The notes beneath the pieces are model-generated. The model saw nothing but the letters and a program-made list of their open reading frames with translations. It had not been told where the DNA came from and ran no database searches. A DNA stretch of 64,000 nucleotides, taken from NCBI GenBank assembly GCA_007695095.1, contig REEL01000107.1, forward strand, positions 961 through 64,960, in the 5' to 3' direction. Below, one piece after another: positions 1-9,314 of the stretch. Position 1 is the first letter of the stretch. Each line of letters begins with the position of its first letter. The stretch comes from Chitinophagaceae bacterium (GTDB lineage: Bacteria; Bacteroidota; Bacteroidia; Chitinophagales; REEL01). A program made the translations under genes and the position numbers.

Positions 1-1
1 G

Positions 2-541
2 CAAAATGTGATTTTAGTCGGACACTCAGTAAGTTGCATGATTGCAGTACTTGCTGCAGCCAAAAGACCTGAGCTGTTTGATAAATTGGTTTTAGTTGGT
101 CCTTCACCACGCTATATTAATGATAATGAATATCATGGCGGCTATAAAAAGCAGGATATAGATGAACTCATTAAAGCCGTGGAAAGTGATTATCTGTGTT
201 GGTCAAGTTTTATAACTCCCGTAATAATTGGAGACTCCGAAAAGCCTGAATATTCTGAGGAGCTCAGAGATAGTTTTTGTAGTATGGATCCTGAAATAGC
301 TAAACATTTTGCCAAAGTGACCTTTCGGGGTGATAATAGAGAAGATTTATCGAAAGTTTCAAACTCAACGCTGATTATCCAATGCCAATCGGATGTGATT
401 GCCCCTGTTCAGGTTGGAGAATATGTCCATAAAAAAATGCCTGACAGTAAGTATTTGCTATTGGATATTTCCGGCCACTGCCCACACCTTACGGCTCCCG
501 AGCAAGTCATTTCCGGAATGCAAGCCTTTTTAAAAAAATAA
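2..541 (+). CDS. alpha/beta-fold hydrolase, RsbQ/KAI2/D14-like subfamily (5'-truncated by window edge)
   Basis: The frame is open to nt 2; the track's M at nt 8 is an internal GTG. It has the nucleophile elbow 'VGHSVS', 'LVLVGPSPRY', the acid-containing 'CQSDVIAP' and the His motif 'SGHCPHLTAPE', in the order and spacing I remember for RsbQ-type serine hydrolases. Confidence 0.75.
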   Translation, partial: QNVILVGHSVSCMIAVLAAAKRPELFDKLVLVGPSPRYINDNEYHGGYKKQDIDELIKAVESDYLCWSSFITPVIIGDSEKPEYSEELRDSFCSMDPEIAKHFAKVTFRGDNREDLSKVSNSTLIIQCQSDVIAPVQVGEYVHKKMPDSKYLLLDISGHCPHLTAPEQVISGMQAFLKK

Positions 542-545
542 AATC

Positions 546-2177
546 TCAATACTTAGCCACTAAAGGATAGCGTCTTCCTATTCCAAATCCTTTAGAAGTA
601 ACTCTCAGTACAGGAGCCATTTGGTAACGTTTAAACTCATTTCTATTTACCAGACTGAAAACTTTATTTACTGTTTCCGGACTGTAGTTAAATGTAGAAA
701 TAATAGCTTCTGCTGACATGTACTTTTCAATATAGCTTTCTAAAATATTATCTAAAATGTCATAATCCGGTAAAAAATCAGTGTCTTTTTGGTCAGGTTT
801 TAATTCAGCTGATGGCTCTTTGGTTATGATGTTTTCAGGAATAATCTCGCTTTCTCTGTTAATGTATAAGCTGATGGCATAAACATGTTTTTTGTAAAGA
901 TCCCCTATGACAGAAAGCCCTCCGTTTAAATCACCATAAAGCGTTCCGTAACCTACTGCTGCCTCACTTTTATTAGTGGTGTTTAACAAAATATACCCTT
1001 TCTTATTGGAAATAGCCATGAGAATCAATCCTCTTAATCTGGATTGCAAATTTTCTTCAGTAACCCCAAAGTCTGTTTCCCCAAAAATAGGATATAAAGT
1101 TTGATTCACTAAACTATAAAGGTCTTTTATTGATATTGTATGACTTTCAACCCCTAAATTTTCACATAAAGCAAGTGAATCATCTATGGAATGCTGAGAT
1201 GAAAATTCAGAGGGTAACAATACCGGTAACACATTTTCCTTCCCCAAAGCTTTTACAGCCAAAACCAATACTAAAGCTGAATCAATACCACCGGACAAGC
1301 CTAAAATCGCTTTTTTAAATGCTTGTTTTTCAAAAAAATCTTTTATTCCAAAAACTAAAGAATCATGTAGTTGCTCTGCAACATCCGGCTTTGGGATTGA
1401 TTTGCTTGTTTTTTGAAATAAAATGTCCGAGTCAAAAGTGAAGAGTTGTTCTTTACAGAAGGAAAGTCTTTCAATTACATCTCCTTTATTATTCATCAAA
1501 AGGGAACTGCCATCAAAAATTAATTCTGAATGAGCCCCGACCTGATTTACATAAATGACCGGTAAATCAAATTTTTCGGCATTTCGTCTAAGTATTTCAG
1601 CACGTTTTTCCTGATGCGTATAGCTAAATGGAGAGGCGGCTATATTCACTATTATATCAGGTTTTTGAAGAATCAGCTTACTCATTGGGCCGCTTTTGTA
1701 TAACTCTTCATCATCCACATCCCATAAGTCCTCACAAACACTTACAGCAATTTTAAATTTCCCGACAGTAATTACATCATTGTTTGCGCCACTCTCAAAA
1801 TACCTTGATTCATCAAAAATGTCATAATTTGGCAGCAGTTGTTTTTCAGCAGTATGTATGCATTTTTTATTTTGAAAAGTAAATGCGGCATTGAATAACT
1901 TCTTGCCTTTTTTGTCAGTATTTACTTTAATGCTGCCAATAATAATAGTTATACCATCTGCTAAAGCTTCAATTTTTCTTAAAAGAGCTTCATTCTTTTT
2001 TATAAAAGAATCATGATAAAGTAAATCCTGGGGCGGATAACCGATGGTGGCTAACTCAGAAAAAATAATTAAATCAGCATTTTGAATTTTGGCTGTCTCA
2101 ATAGCTTTTGTAATAGATTTAAAATTTTCATCAAAATTGCCAATATGATAATTTAACTGTGCTAAACTAATCCTCAT
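546..2177 (-). CDS. nadE: glutamine-dependent NAD+ synthetase
   Basis: 543 aa. The N-terminal carbon-nitrogen hydrolase domain has the Cys motif 'VSVCEDLW'. The C-terminal NAD synthetase domain has the PP-loop 'LGLSGGIDSAL'. Confidence 0.92.
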   Translation of the reverse strand: MRISLAQLNYHIGNFDENFKSITKAIETAKIQNADLIIFSELATIGYPPQDLLYHDSFIKKNEALLRKIEALADGITIIIGSIKVNTDKKGKKLFNAAFTFQNKKCIHTAEKQLLPNYDIFDESRYFESGANNDVITVGKFKIAVSVCEDLWDVDDEELYKSGPMSKLILQKPDIIVNIAASPFSYTHQEKRAEILRRNAEKFDLPVIYVNQVGAHSELIFDGSSLLMNNKGDVIERLSFCKEQLFTFDSDILFQKTSKSIPKPDVAEQLHDSLVFGIKDFFEKQAFKKAILGLSGGIDSALVLVLAVKALGKENVLPVLLPSEFSSQHSIDDSLALCENLGVESHTISIKDLYSLVNQTLYPIFGETDFGVTEENLQSRLRGLILMAISNKKGYILLNTTNKSEAAVGYGTLYGDLNGGLSVIGDLYKKHVYAISLYINRESEIIPENIITKEPSAELKPDQKDTDFLPDYDILDNILESYIEKYMSAEAIISTFNYSPETVNKVFSLVNRNEFKRYQMAPVLRVTSKGFGIGRRYPLVAKY

Positions 2178-2276
2178 TAAATGGGGGTGTAAATTTTATA
2201 TAAAATGTTGGAGCGTTAGAGATTTACTAACCCTCTTTATCCACAAGCTTTTAACAATAATAACCGGCTATTGTTT

Positions 2277-2966
2277 TTAGAACATGATGCCCAGACGGAC
2301 GCCAATTCTATTTTGAGTAATGTTTTCTTCACTGTCTTTTTCACGGACAAAATTCACAAACCCATTATTGTAATAAATGCCGGCCAGTAATGAAGTGCTG
2401 CCACTTAAAGAGTAGTTTATTCCTGCCCCGACATGCAAACTAAGATTAAAAAAGTTGATTCCTTTTATAAGGACATCATCATCCGGGCTTCTGACATCTT
2501 TGTTTTCAAAATTTTCTGCAAAATTAGTGTTTTCTGAAACTCTGTCTGCCCGGGCCCTTACTCTAAATGCCGACATCACCCCAAACTGCCCGTAATAGGT
2601 TATGTAACCGATTTGGTTAGTTTTTAGCTTTAAACTTATGGGTAATTCTATATGCTGAACTTTGTACAAATCTTTTACAGCAAACGAAGGCAGCGAAGTA
2701 TCTCCTTCCATATGGCGTGTATAAGCAACCTTACCACCATTCAGGTTATGTAAAAACCCACTTGAAATGGCAAAATTATCCCCTAAGTTGTAGTCAATCA
2801 ACAAACCATAAGACATGCCCATTCGCAATCCATCATTCTCAGAAGTGACTTCGTCTACTCTGAACCAATTAAAGTTTGGGCTGAAGGTCAGTCCAAAATT
2901 AAAATCAGCGGCAAAAGTGGTTGCTGTTAAAAAACTAGCAAGCAGTAATGTTAGTATTCTTTTCAT
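2277..2966 (-). CDS. outer-membrane beta-barrel protein (OMP_b-brl_2/PorT-like size class)
   Basis: Signal peptide 'MKRILTLLLASFLTATTFA', an alternating amphipathic strand pattern and a C-terminal aromatic residue ('LGIMF'); 229 aa. PorT identity is not established. Confidence 0.6.
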   Translation of the reverse strand: MKRILTLLLASFLTATTFAADFNFGLTFSPNFNWFRVDEVTSENDGLRMGMSYGLLIDYNLGDNFAISSGFLHNLNGGKVAYTRHMEGDTSLPSFAVKDLYKVQHIELPISLKLKTNQIGYITYYGQFGVMSAFRVRARADRVSENTNFAENFENKDVRSPDDDVLIKGINFFNLSLHVGAGINYSLSGSTSLLAGIYYNNGFVNFVREKDSEENITQNRIGVRLGIMF

Positions 2967-2973
2967 AACTTGT

Positions 2974-2981
2974 TATTTTTG
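2974..2981 (+). promoter_or_regulatory. candidate Bacteroidetes -7 promoter box (TAnnTTTG) for the gldB-like gene
   Basis: 'TATTTTTG' matches TAnnTTTG exactly and lies 28 nt upstream of the ATG at 3009. I found no convincing -33 TTTG at the expected spacing. Confidence 0.3.
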
Positions 2982-3008
2982 TGCTTAACTTTAATCTGAG
3001 TTGAAAAT

Positions 3009-4058
3009 ATGAAATTAATAAATGTAAAAGCACTTTTTAAAATAATTTTTTTTGTCGCAATATTTATTGCTCTCGAATCATGCAAAAGTAGGAAAAAAGT
3101 AGATGTTTCTAATATAGAATTAAATCTTAAAATTATACGTTTTGAAAAAAAGCTTTTTTCTTTTGATCCCGAGAAGCCTGAAGAACACTTTAAAAGCCTG
3201 CAAACAGAGTATCCTGATATGTTTTCTTTATTTGTAAAACAAATGATGGGCTTTGATTTTTCAGCTGAAAATTCAACAGATTACTCAACAGATTTAATAG
3301 AATTTTTAACTAATCCCTATATGGAAGAGCTTTATGAGGATGTTCAGGCTGCTTTTCCGGACATAGAAGATTTAAATGATGAGATTGAACTTGCTCTCAA
3401 GCACTACCTATATTATTTCCCGGATAATACAGCACCGGAAGTGTATACTTTTATTTCAGGCTTTAATTATGCGGCTTTCACTTTGGATACTAATTATATA
3501 GGCATAGGGTTAGACATGTATTTGGGTAGAGACTATAAGTACTATCCTTCTGTTTTTCCGCATTTCCTGTACCGCAGATTTGAGCCGGAATATATTTCAA
3601 GCAATGTGATGCGGGTTTTGGCAGCAGAAGTTATCGCAGTGGATTATGTACCGGTTAATTTATTGGGCTCAATGATTTACAATGGGGCTTTGTTATATTT
3701 TACGGACTTGACACTCCCGGATGTGCATGACACGCTTAAAATCGGCTATACGGAAAAGGAGTATCGCTGGGCTCATTTTAATGAACCGGAAATATGGACA
3801 TTTTTTATTGATAAGGAGTTATTATATGAAACCAACTCAACGATTTATAGCCGGTATATTACTGAAGGGCCTTCTACAAGTGGCATGCCGGTAGATGCTC
3901 CGGGGAATATGGGCTCATGGGTAGGCTGGCAGATTGTGAGAAGTTTTATGGAAAAAAATCCCGATGTTCATATTAGCAGCTTACTTACTGATTACAGCCC
4001 GCAATACATTTTAGAAAATGCAGCTTACAGACCCCGTAGTCGAAATGTGAGAAGATAA
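3009..4058 (+). CDS. gldB: gliding motility lipoprotein GldB-like
   Basis: Lipoprotein signal 'FIALESC', 349 aa, and a central 'YIGIGLDMYLG' block. Overall it resembles Flavobacterium GldB as I remember it. I also recall nadE lying near gldB in Flavobacterium, but that recollection is unverified. Confidence 0.65.
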   Translation: MKLINVKALFKIIFFVAIFIALESCKSRKKVDVSNIELNLKIIRFEKKLFSFDPEKPEEHFKSLQTEYPDMFSLFVKQMMGFDFSAENSTDYSTDLIEFLTNPYMEELYEDVQAAFPDIEDLNDEIELALKHYLYYFPDNTAPEVYTFISGFNYAAFTLDTNYIGIGLDMYLGRDYKYYPSVFPHFLYRRFEPEYISSNVMRVLAAEVIAVDYVPVNLLGSMIYNGALLYFTDLTLPDVHDTLKIGYTEKEYRWAHFNEPEIWTFFIDKELLYETNSTIYSRYITEGPSTSGMPVDAPGNMGSWVGWQIVRSFMEKNPDVHISSLLTDYSPQYILENAAYRPRSRNVRR

Positions 4059-4115
4059 TCGTGTAATAATAAGGAATTATTAGTAATATAAAATTTAGTT
4101 TAAGCTTTCCGCAAG

Positions 4116-4148
4116 TTTGCATACTGCAATAAATATTCATTATTTTTG
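4116..4148 (+). promoter_or_regulatory. candidate Bacteroidetes sigma-A type promoter (-33 TTTG / -7 TAnnTTTG) for serC-serA-DUF1015
   Basis: 'TTTG' at 4116-4119, a 21-nt spacer, then 'TATTTTTG' at 4141-4148, 50 nt upstream of the serC ATG. This fits the published -33/-7 consensus and its 19-21 nt spacing. Confidence 0.45.
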
Positions 4149-4197
4149 CCCAACCATTTACAAGGTGGTTATTTTTTAAATTTTATAAGATATAAAT

Positions 4198-5265
4198 ATG
4201 AAGAAGCATAATTTTGGTGCCGGTCCGGGTATATTGAAAAAAGAAGTTTTAGAGGGCGCTGCTGATGCAGTATTGAATTGGGATGGTATCGGGCTGTCAC
4301 TTCTTGAAATGTCTCACAGAAGTAAGGAGTTTGGTGAAGTAATGGAAAAGGCAACCTCACTGGTTCGGGAGATTTACAAAGTGAGTGATGAATATGCCGT
4401 TTTGTTTTTACAGGGAGGAGCCAGTTTACAATTTGCTACAGTGCCTTATAACTTACTCGACCCGGAAGATACCGGAGCTTATGTAGAAACCGGTTCATGG
4501 GCAAAAAAAGCCGTAAAAGAAGCTAAAGGATTGGCAAAGGTTCATATAGCCGGAAGTTCTGCGGATAAAAACTTCAATTATATACCCAAAAAACTGGATG
4601 TTCCTTCAAATGCTAAATATCTCCACATAACTACAAATAATACCATTTTTGGCACTCAATTCCATCACACTCCGGAAACGAATGTGCCTTTAATAGCAGA
4701 TATGTCTTCAGATATTTTTTGTCGTCCTTTTGATGCCGGCCGCTTTGATATGATTTATGCAGGAGCACAAAAAAATCTGGGACCAGCCGGAACAACTTTG
4801 GTGATTATCAAAAAATCACTGCTTGGAAAAATTAAGAGATATATTCCTACAATGTTAAATTATCAAACCCATATTGATAATGATTCATTATTTAATACGC
4901 CTCCGGTTTTTGCCATTTATGTCAGTTACTTAAGCCTGAAATGGATTAAAGAAAATGGTCTGGAAAAAATCGGTAAGCAAAATGAGAAAAAAGCTTCACT
5001 GCTTTATGGTGAAATCGATAGAAATAGTTTGTTTGAAGGTACAGCTGCAAAAGAAGATCGTTCTTTAATGAATGTAACTTTTGTATTGAAAAATAATGCC
5101 CTGGATGCAGATTTTTTAAAGTTTGCCACAGATAAAGGAATAGTAGGACTTAAAGGTCATAGGTCTGTTGGTGGTTTCAGAGCCTCAATTTACAATGCAT
5201 TAGACCTTTCAAGTGTTGAGTATTTAGTTTCATTAATGCAGGAATTTGAAAAATTAAACAGTTAA
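4198..5265 (+). CDS. serC: 3-phosphoserine aminotransferase
   Basis: 355 aa class-V aminotransferase with 'NFGAGPG', 'EMSHRS' and the PLP-lysine region 'YAGAQKNLGPAG'. Confidence 0.93.
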   Translation: MKKHNFGAGPGILKKEVLEGAADAVLNWDGIGLSLLEMSHRSKEFGEVMEKATSLVREIYKVSDEYAVLFLQGGASLQFATVPYNLLDPEDTGAYVETGSWAKKAVKEAKGLAKVHIAGSSADKNFNYIPKKLDVPSNAKYLHITTNNTIFGTQFHHTPETNVPLIADMSSDIFCRPFDAGRFDMIYAGAQKNLGPAGTTLVIIKKSLLGKIKRYIPTMLNYQTHIDNDSLFNTPPVFAIYVSYLSLKWIKENGLEKIGKQNEKKASLLYGEIDRNSLFEGTAAKEDRSLMNVTFVLKNNALDADFLKFATDKGIVGLKGHRSVGGFRASIYNALDLSSVEYLVSLMQEFEKLNS

Positions 5266-5269
5266 AAAA

Positions 5270-6247
5270 ATGTATAGAGTTTTAGCAAATGACGGGATAG
5301 ATGCAGAAGGTAAAAAAATCCTTGAAGAAAATGGTTTCCAGGTAGATACAGTAAACGTTCCCCAGGAAAATCTGCCGGAACAAATTGATAATTATGATGT
5401 ATTGCTGGTCAGAAGTGCTACTAAAGTAAGAAAAGACTTAATAGACACATCCACCAGACTTAAGGTAATTGGCAGAGCCGGTGTTGGAATGGATAATATA
5501 GATGTGGAATATGCCCGCTCTAAAGGACTCAAGGTTATTAATACACCGGAAGCCTCTTCGGAGTCGGTGGCTGAATTAACGATTTCTCATTTGTTTTCTA
5601 TCGTTCGGTTTTTATACGATTCTAACAGACAGATGCCTGGAAAAGGAAATAGCGATTTCAAAGGACTTAAAAAGTCATATTCAAAAGGCATAGAGTTAAG
5701 TGGAAAAACAATCGGTATAATTGGATTGGGCAGAATTGGTAAAGCCGTAGCCAAAAGAGCCATTGGTTTAGGCATGAATGTCGAAGCTTTTAAAAGAAAT
5801 ATTACCGAAGTAAATATAGAGCTTGATTTCCACGAAGCGCTTAAAAAAGATCCGCTTATTTTTAATTTAAAAACAAAGCATTTTGATGAAGTTTTAGCGG
5901 CTTCAGACATAGTTACACTGCATGTTCCCGGTGGAGATGGTGTTCCATTAATTGACAAACATGCCATAGATAAAATGAAAGATGGTGCAATATTAATTAA
6001 TGTTGCCAGAGGAGGTGTAGTCGATGAAAAAGCCTTAGTTGAAGCTTTGAATTCAGGAAAGCTAAGTGCAGCAGCTCTTGATGTTTTTGATAATGAACCA
6101 AGCCCTTCCCGGGAGATTTTAAATCACCCAAAGATTTCTTTAAGCCCTCATATAGGCGCGTCAACTGTTGAAGCTCAAAAGAGAATCGGTATAGAAATGG
6201 CTCAAAAAGTCATTAATTTTTTTCAAACAAACGAAACAGACTTATAA
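5270..6247 (+). CDS. serA: D-3-phosphoglycerate dehydrogenase (short form, no ACT domain)
   Basis: 2-hydroxyacid dehydrogenase with the NAD fold 'GIIGLGRIGKAVA', 'NVARGGVVDE' and 'SPHIGAST'. At 325 aa it ends without a regulatory ACT domain. It sits 4 nt after serC. Confidence 0.85.
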   Translation: MYRVLANDGIDAEGKKILEENGFQVDTVNVPQENLPEQIDNYDVLLVRSATKVRKDLIDTSTRLKVIGRAGVGMDNIDVEYARSKGLKVINTPEASSESVAELTISHLFSIVRFLYDSNRQMPGKGNSDFKGLKKSYSKGIELSGKTIGIIGLGRIGKAVAKRAIGLGMNVEAFKRNITEVNIELDFHEALKKDPLIFNLKTKHFDEVLAASDIVTLHVPGGDGVPLIDKHAIDKMKDGAILINVARGGVVDEKALVEALNSGKLSAAALDVFDNEPSPSREILNHPKISLSPHIGASTVEAQKRIGIEMAQKVINFFQTNETDL

Positions 6248-6249
6248 TT

Positions 6250-7494
6250 ATGATAAAAGTTAGATCATTTAGAGGAGTGAGACCGGCAGAAGGCCTTGCT
6301 TCTAAAGTAGCTTGCCTGCCTTATGATGTTATGAACACTCAGGAAGCAAAAGCAATGGTAGAGGGAAATCCAAATTCTTTCCTGAGAGTTACTCGTCCTG
6401 AAGTGGCTTTCCCGGATGAACAGAATCCTTATGCTCCGGAAGTTTATCAGCAAGCAAAGCTAAGTTTTGATAAAATGCTTAGTGATAACATTTTGATACA
6501 AGATGAAAAACCGGCATTTTATATTTACAAGCAAGTGATGAACGGCAGGGAGCAAACCGGATTAGTAGCTTGCTCTTCTGTTGAAGACTATTTTAATGAT
6601 ACGATTAAAAAACACGAATTTACCCGCCCGGAAAAAGAAGAAGACCGAAAGCAGCATATAATGGTCACAAAGATTCACTCCGGACCGGTTTTTCTTACTT
6701 ATAAAAAAGTAGAAGAAGTTTCGCAGCGGATTAATAGTTTTAAAAAAGAGCATAAACCTGTTTATGATTTTACGGCTGAAGATAATGTAAAACATACATT
6801 ATGGGTGATAGACAATCAGCAGTTAGTTGAAGAAATTGAAAAACTTTTTGCCGAAAAAGTTCCTTTTACTTACATCGCTGACGGACACCATAGAGCAGCT
6901 TCTTCTTCAAAAGCTTCCCTTGAACTGGATGCAGCCGGTTGTACATTTGAAAACGATGAACACAAATATTTTCTTACCGTTTTATTTCCGGATGATGAGT
7001 TGGAAATAATGGATTATAACCGGGTTGTAAAAGATTTAAACGGATTAAGCGAAGAATCTTTTTTAAAAGCTTTATCAGAGGATTTTGATATTACAGAAAT
7101 TACCTCCAGGGAGGTAAAACCAAGTCTTTTACATACTATAAGCCTTTATTTGGATAAAAAGTGGTATTCTTTAAAAGCAAAAGCGCATACTTTTGACGAT
7201 AATGATCCCATACGCTGTCTTGACGTAACTGTACTTCAGGATTTTGTACTTTCCAAACATCTTGACATTAAAGACCCGCGCACAGATAAGCGTGTTGACT
7301 TTGTAGGTGGAATCAGAGGCATGGAAGGACTTCAAAAGCGCGTAGATAATAGTGATATGAAAGCTGCTTTTGCACTTTACCCGGTCACCATACAGCAACT
7401 CATAGAAATATCTGATGCAGGAAAAGTTATGCCACCAAAATCCACTTGGTTTGAACCAAAACTAAGAAGTGGAATGGTTGTCCATAAGTTTTAA
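6250..7494 (+). CDS. DUF1015-family protein (function unknown)
   Basis: 414 aa. The 'YIADGHHR' motif and the length match my memory of DUF1015 (PF06245). It starts 2 nt after the serA stop. Confidence 0.6.
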   Translation: MIKVRSFRGVRPAEGLASKVACLPYDVMNTQEAKAMVEGNPNSFLRVTRPEVAFPDEQNPYAPEVYQQAKLSFDKMLSDNILIQDEKPAFYIYKQVMNGREQTGLVACSSVEDYFNDTIKKHEFTRPEKEEDRKQHIMVTKIHSGPVFLTYKKVEEVSQRINSFKKEHKPVYDFTAEDNVKHTLWVIDNQQLVEEIEKLFAEKVPFTYIADGHHRAASSSKASLELDAAGCTFENDEHKYFLTVLFPDDELEIMDYNRVVKDLNGLSEESFLKALSEDFDITEITSREVKPSLLHTISLYLDKKWYSLKAKAHTFDDNDPIRCLDVTVLQDFVLSKHLDIKDPRTDKRVDFVGGIRGMEGLQKRVDNSDMKAAFALYPVTIQQLIEISDAGKVMPPKSTWFEPKLRSGMVVHKF

Positions 7495-8507
7495 AAATTT
7501 CCTGAAATTCTTTGAATTAATTCATTAAAATCAGGCCTGTCAGCATCGTCTGAAAAGTCTTTTCGGTCTCTGTTGATATGGATTTCATTATCTATTAATT
7601 CAACTTTGTAGGAAAAAACAAAGTTTGAGACTCTGTCAGGGAGCCACTCAACAGCTCTGCCAAACCTCATATCATGCACATACCAGGTGTGAGAATCTGT
7701 TTTTTCTATTATATATTGATGTTCAAGCGCTCTTAAAAGTATTGTAATTTCTCTGTGATGCCGAATTTCATCAATTAGGTTTTGATTTTTTGGGTAAGCG
7801 GTCCATTCTTGCTTTTTGCTGTCAAAAAATGAATAAAAACTTACAAAATAAAAGGCTTCATTTTCTGCTATTCCCCGCCATAATATATTGTTTAAAAGGG
7901 TAGGCTTTGTGTTCAGTAACTCAGCATCTTCGGGAGCATTTTCAGTATGTTTTATAAAGTAATTTTGAACCTGATATTTATTATAGAATGTAAAAAACAG
8001 ATAACAAAAGCTGATTAAAAAGGCAAAGTAAAGCGTTTTTTTGCCGGTTTTAAAAATATAATAAATAAGCAGACCAAGCAACAGGGGTAGAGTAAACAGC
8101 GGATCAATTATAGAAATAATGTTTAGCGAAACAGGATTGTATGAAAAAGGCCAAAAAAGCAACATCCCGTAGCTGGTGAACAAATCTAAAATGATATGGC
8201 TGAAAAGGCAAAAAAACGTAAAAAGGTAAATCTTTTGGCTGCTGCTATGTTTACCGAAAGAAGTATACTTTTTAAGTACTAATCCTAAAACTATGCTTGC
8301 AATTAAAGCAAATAGTAATGAATGGGTTGGTCCCCGGTGAAAAGTTAATTGTTGCAAGTCATTAATAAAGGTGCCAAACAAAACATCCAGATCCGGTAAG
8401 TTTGCAAAAAAAGCACCGGCAAAGGCCGCTTTCCCCTTGTCATTTTTTTTGCCTAATAGGACTTCACCGGCACCGGCACCTATTAAAGCATGTGTTAGTG
8501 TATCCAT
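7491..8507 (-). CDS. membrane-bound metal-dependent hydrolase, YdjM/DUF457-like, with C-terminal soluble extension
   Basis: The N-terminus 'MDTLTHALIGAG' is typical of the family. It has several TM helices with His/Asp motifs ('HIILDLF'), followed by about 150 aa of non-membrane sequence. I prefer the ATG at 8507 over the track's TTG at 8519. Confidence 0.6.
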   Translation of the reverse strand: MDTLTHALIGAGAGEVLLGKKNDKGKAAFAGAFFANLPDLDVLFGTFINDLQQLTFHRGPTHSLLFALIASIVLGLVLKKYTSFGKHSSSQKIYLFTFFCLFSHIILDLFTSYGMLLFWPFSYNPVSLNIISIIDPLFTLPLLLGLLIYYIFKTGKKTLYFAFLISFCYLFFTFYNKYQVQNYFIKHTENAPEDAELLNTKPTLLNNILWRGIAENEAFYFVSFYSFFDSKKQEWTAYPKNQNLIDEIRHHREITILLRALEHQYIIEKTDSHTWYVHDMRFGRAVEWLPDRVSNFVFSYKVELIDNEIHINRDRKDFSDDADRPDFNELIQRISGNF

Positions 8508-8693
8508 AATTCTATACAAAGCTACCTGAATAATCCTTTATCTGGCATATTGTTTAGTTTTTTTAATAAAATAGTTGTGTTTTAAGAATCACAAATTTGC
8601 GATTGTCAAACATAATTTATTTGTAAAAACATCTTCAATCATTCCAAAAATTACACGAATGTTTTATTAAATCTATATCTTTTCTCTATATTA

Positions 8694-9089
8694 GTGATAA
8701 AAAAAATTATGGTACATTTAATTATTAGTTTTCTATGTGTATTGGGGGCTTTATTTATTTATGTAATTACTTCTAATCAGGAATTGCTTGAGTCTTTTGG
8801 TCTCGCAATTTTTTTCTCGGTTATACCTCTTATTTTTCTGGGTGGTGCAAACCTGGTAAGAGTAAGTGCCTTTAGTTCATCTCAGGCCGGTGGTTTGGGT
8901 TTTCTGAAATATATTGGCGCCATTTTGGTTTTGGTGGTAATTGGTATAACTTTTAATCATTTGGTAGAAATGATTTCTTCAGATTCTACTTGGATGACTC
9001 TTTATGGAGTTTGGTTGTCAATATTACAAATTGGTATGATTGTTACTCCTTTTTTAAATGCTGCTCAGGATAAGCAGGCCAGGCTGTAA
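8694..9089 (+). CDS. hypothetical integral membrane protein (4 predicted TM helices)
   Basis: The ORF has four hydrophobic helices and is followed by a clean terminator. The start is uncertain: GTG at 8694 or ATG at 8709. Confidence 0.45.
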   Translation: MIKKIMVHLIISFLCVLGALFIYVITSNQELLESFGLAIFFSVIPLIFLGGANLVRVSAFSSSQAGGLGFLKYIGAILVLVVIGITFNHLVEMISSDSTWMTLYGVWLSILQIGMIVTPFLNAAQDKQARL

Positions 9090-9124
9090 AATAATTTTAA
9101 ACAGATAAAGTGCACATTATTAGG

Positions 9125-9164
9125 CGGTTATGGAAGGTTTTTGAACTTTCATAACTGCTTTTTT
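9125..9164 (+). terminator. rho-independent terminator
   Basis: The stem 'cgGTTATGGAAG / CTTTCATAACtg' pairs 10-12 bp with G-U wobbles, around a 9-nt loop, followed by 'cTTTTTT'. It lies 36 nt after the stop at 9089. Confidence 0.7.
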
Positions 9165-9314
9165 AATAAAAAACTTGACAAATTGAGTTTCGGCTTTTAG
9201 TTTACATGCAAGATTAATACTCTGGCTTACTACTACTCTCCCTATTATTAAACCATGTATTAGCTGACTATAAGGTATTTACTTTATTAAGCTTTTGCAT
9301 TAAATTATTAAGCT

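Noticed and set aside
2277-2966. Calling the 229-aa beta-barrel next to the gldB-like gene PorT/SprT (a T9SS component).
   Set aside because: Size and barrel patterning fit, but many unrelated 8-10-stranded OMPs share these features, and I could not recall PorT-specific motifs to compare. I left it as a generic OMP.
4151-4180. Small hairpin (AACCAtt / ggTGGTT) plus T-run between the predicted serC promoter and the serC ATG, considered as an amino-acid-responsive attenuator or T-box remnant.
   Set aside because: It has only 5 Watson-Crick pairs plus two G-U pairs, no specifier or antiterminator-like alternative structure that I could find, and it is too short for a T-box.
5587-5967. 126-aa antisense ORF within serA. 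Similar antisense or off-frame ORFs occur inside nadE, the DUF1015-like gene, the 1459-aa and giant T9SS cargo genes, mpg, thiL, the acyl-CoA dehydrogenase gene, BatD, BatE, recQ, carB, the PorP/SprF gene, the TPR/OmpA gene, atpA, atpE, a GT4 glycosyltransferase gene and the crt genes.
   Set aside because: Each is fully nested in a gene with strong family motifs on the other strand or frame, and none shows any motif of its own.
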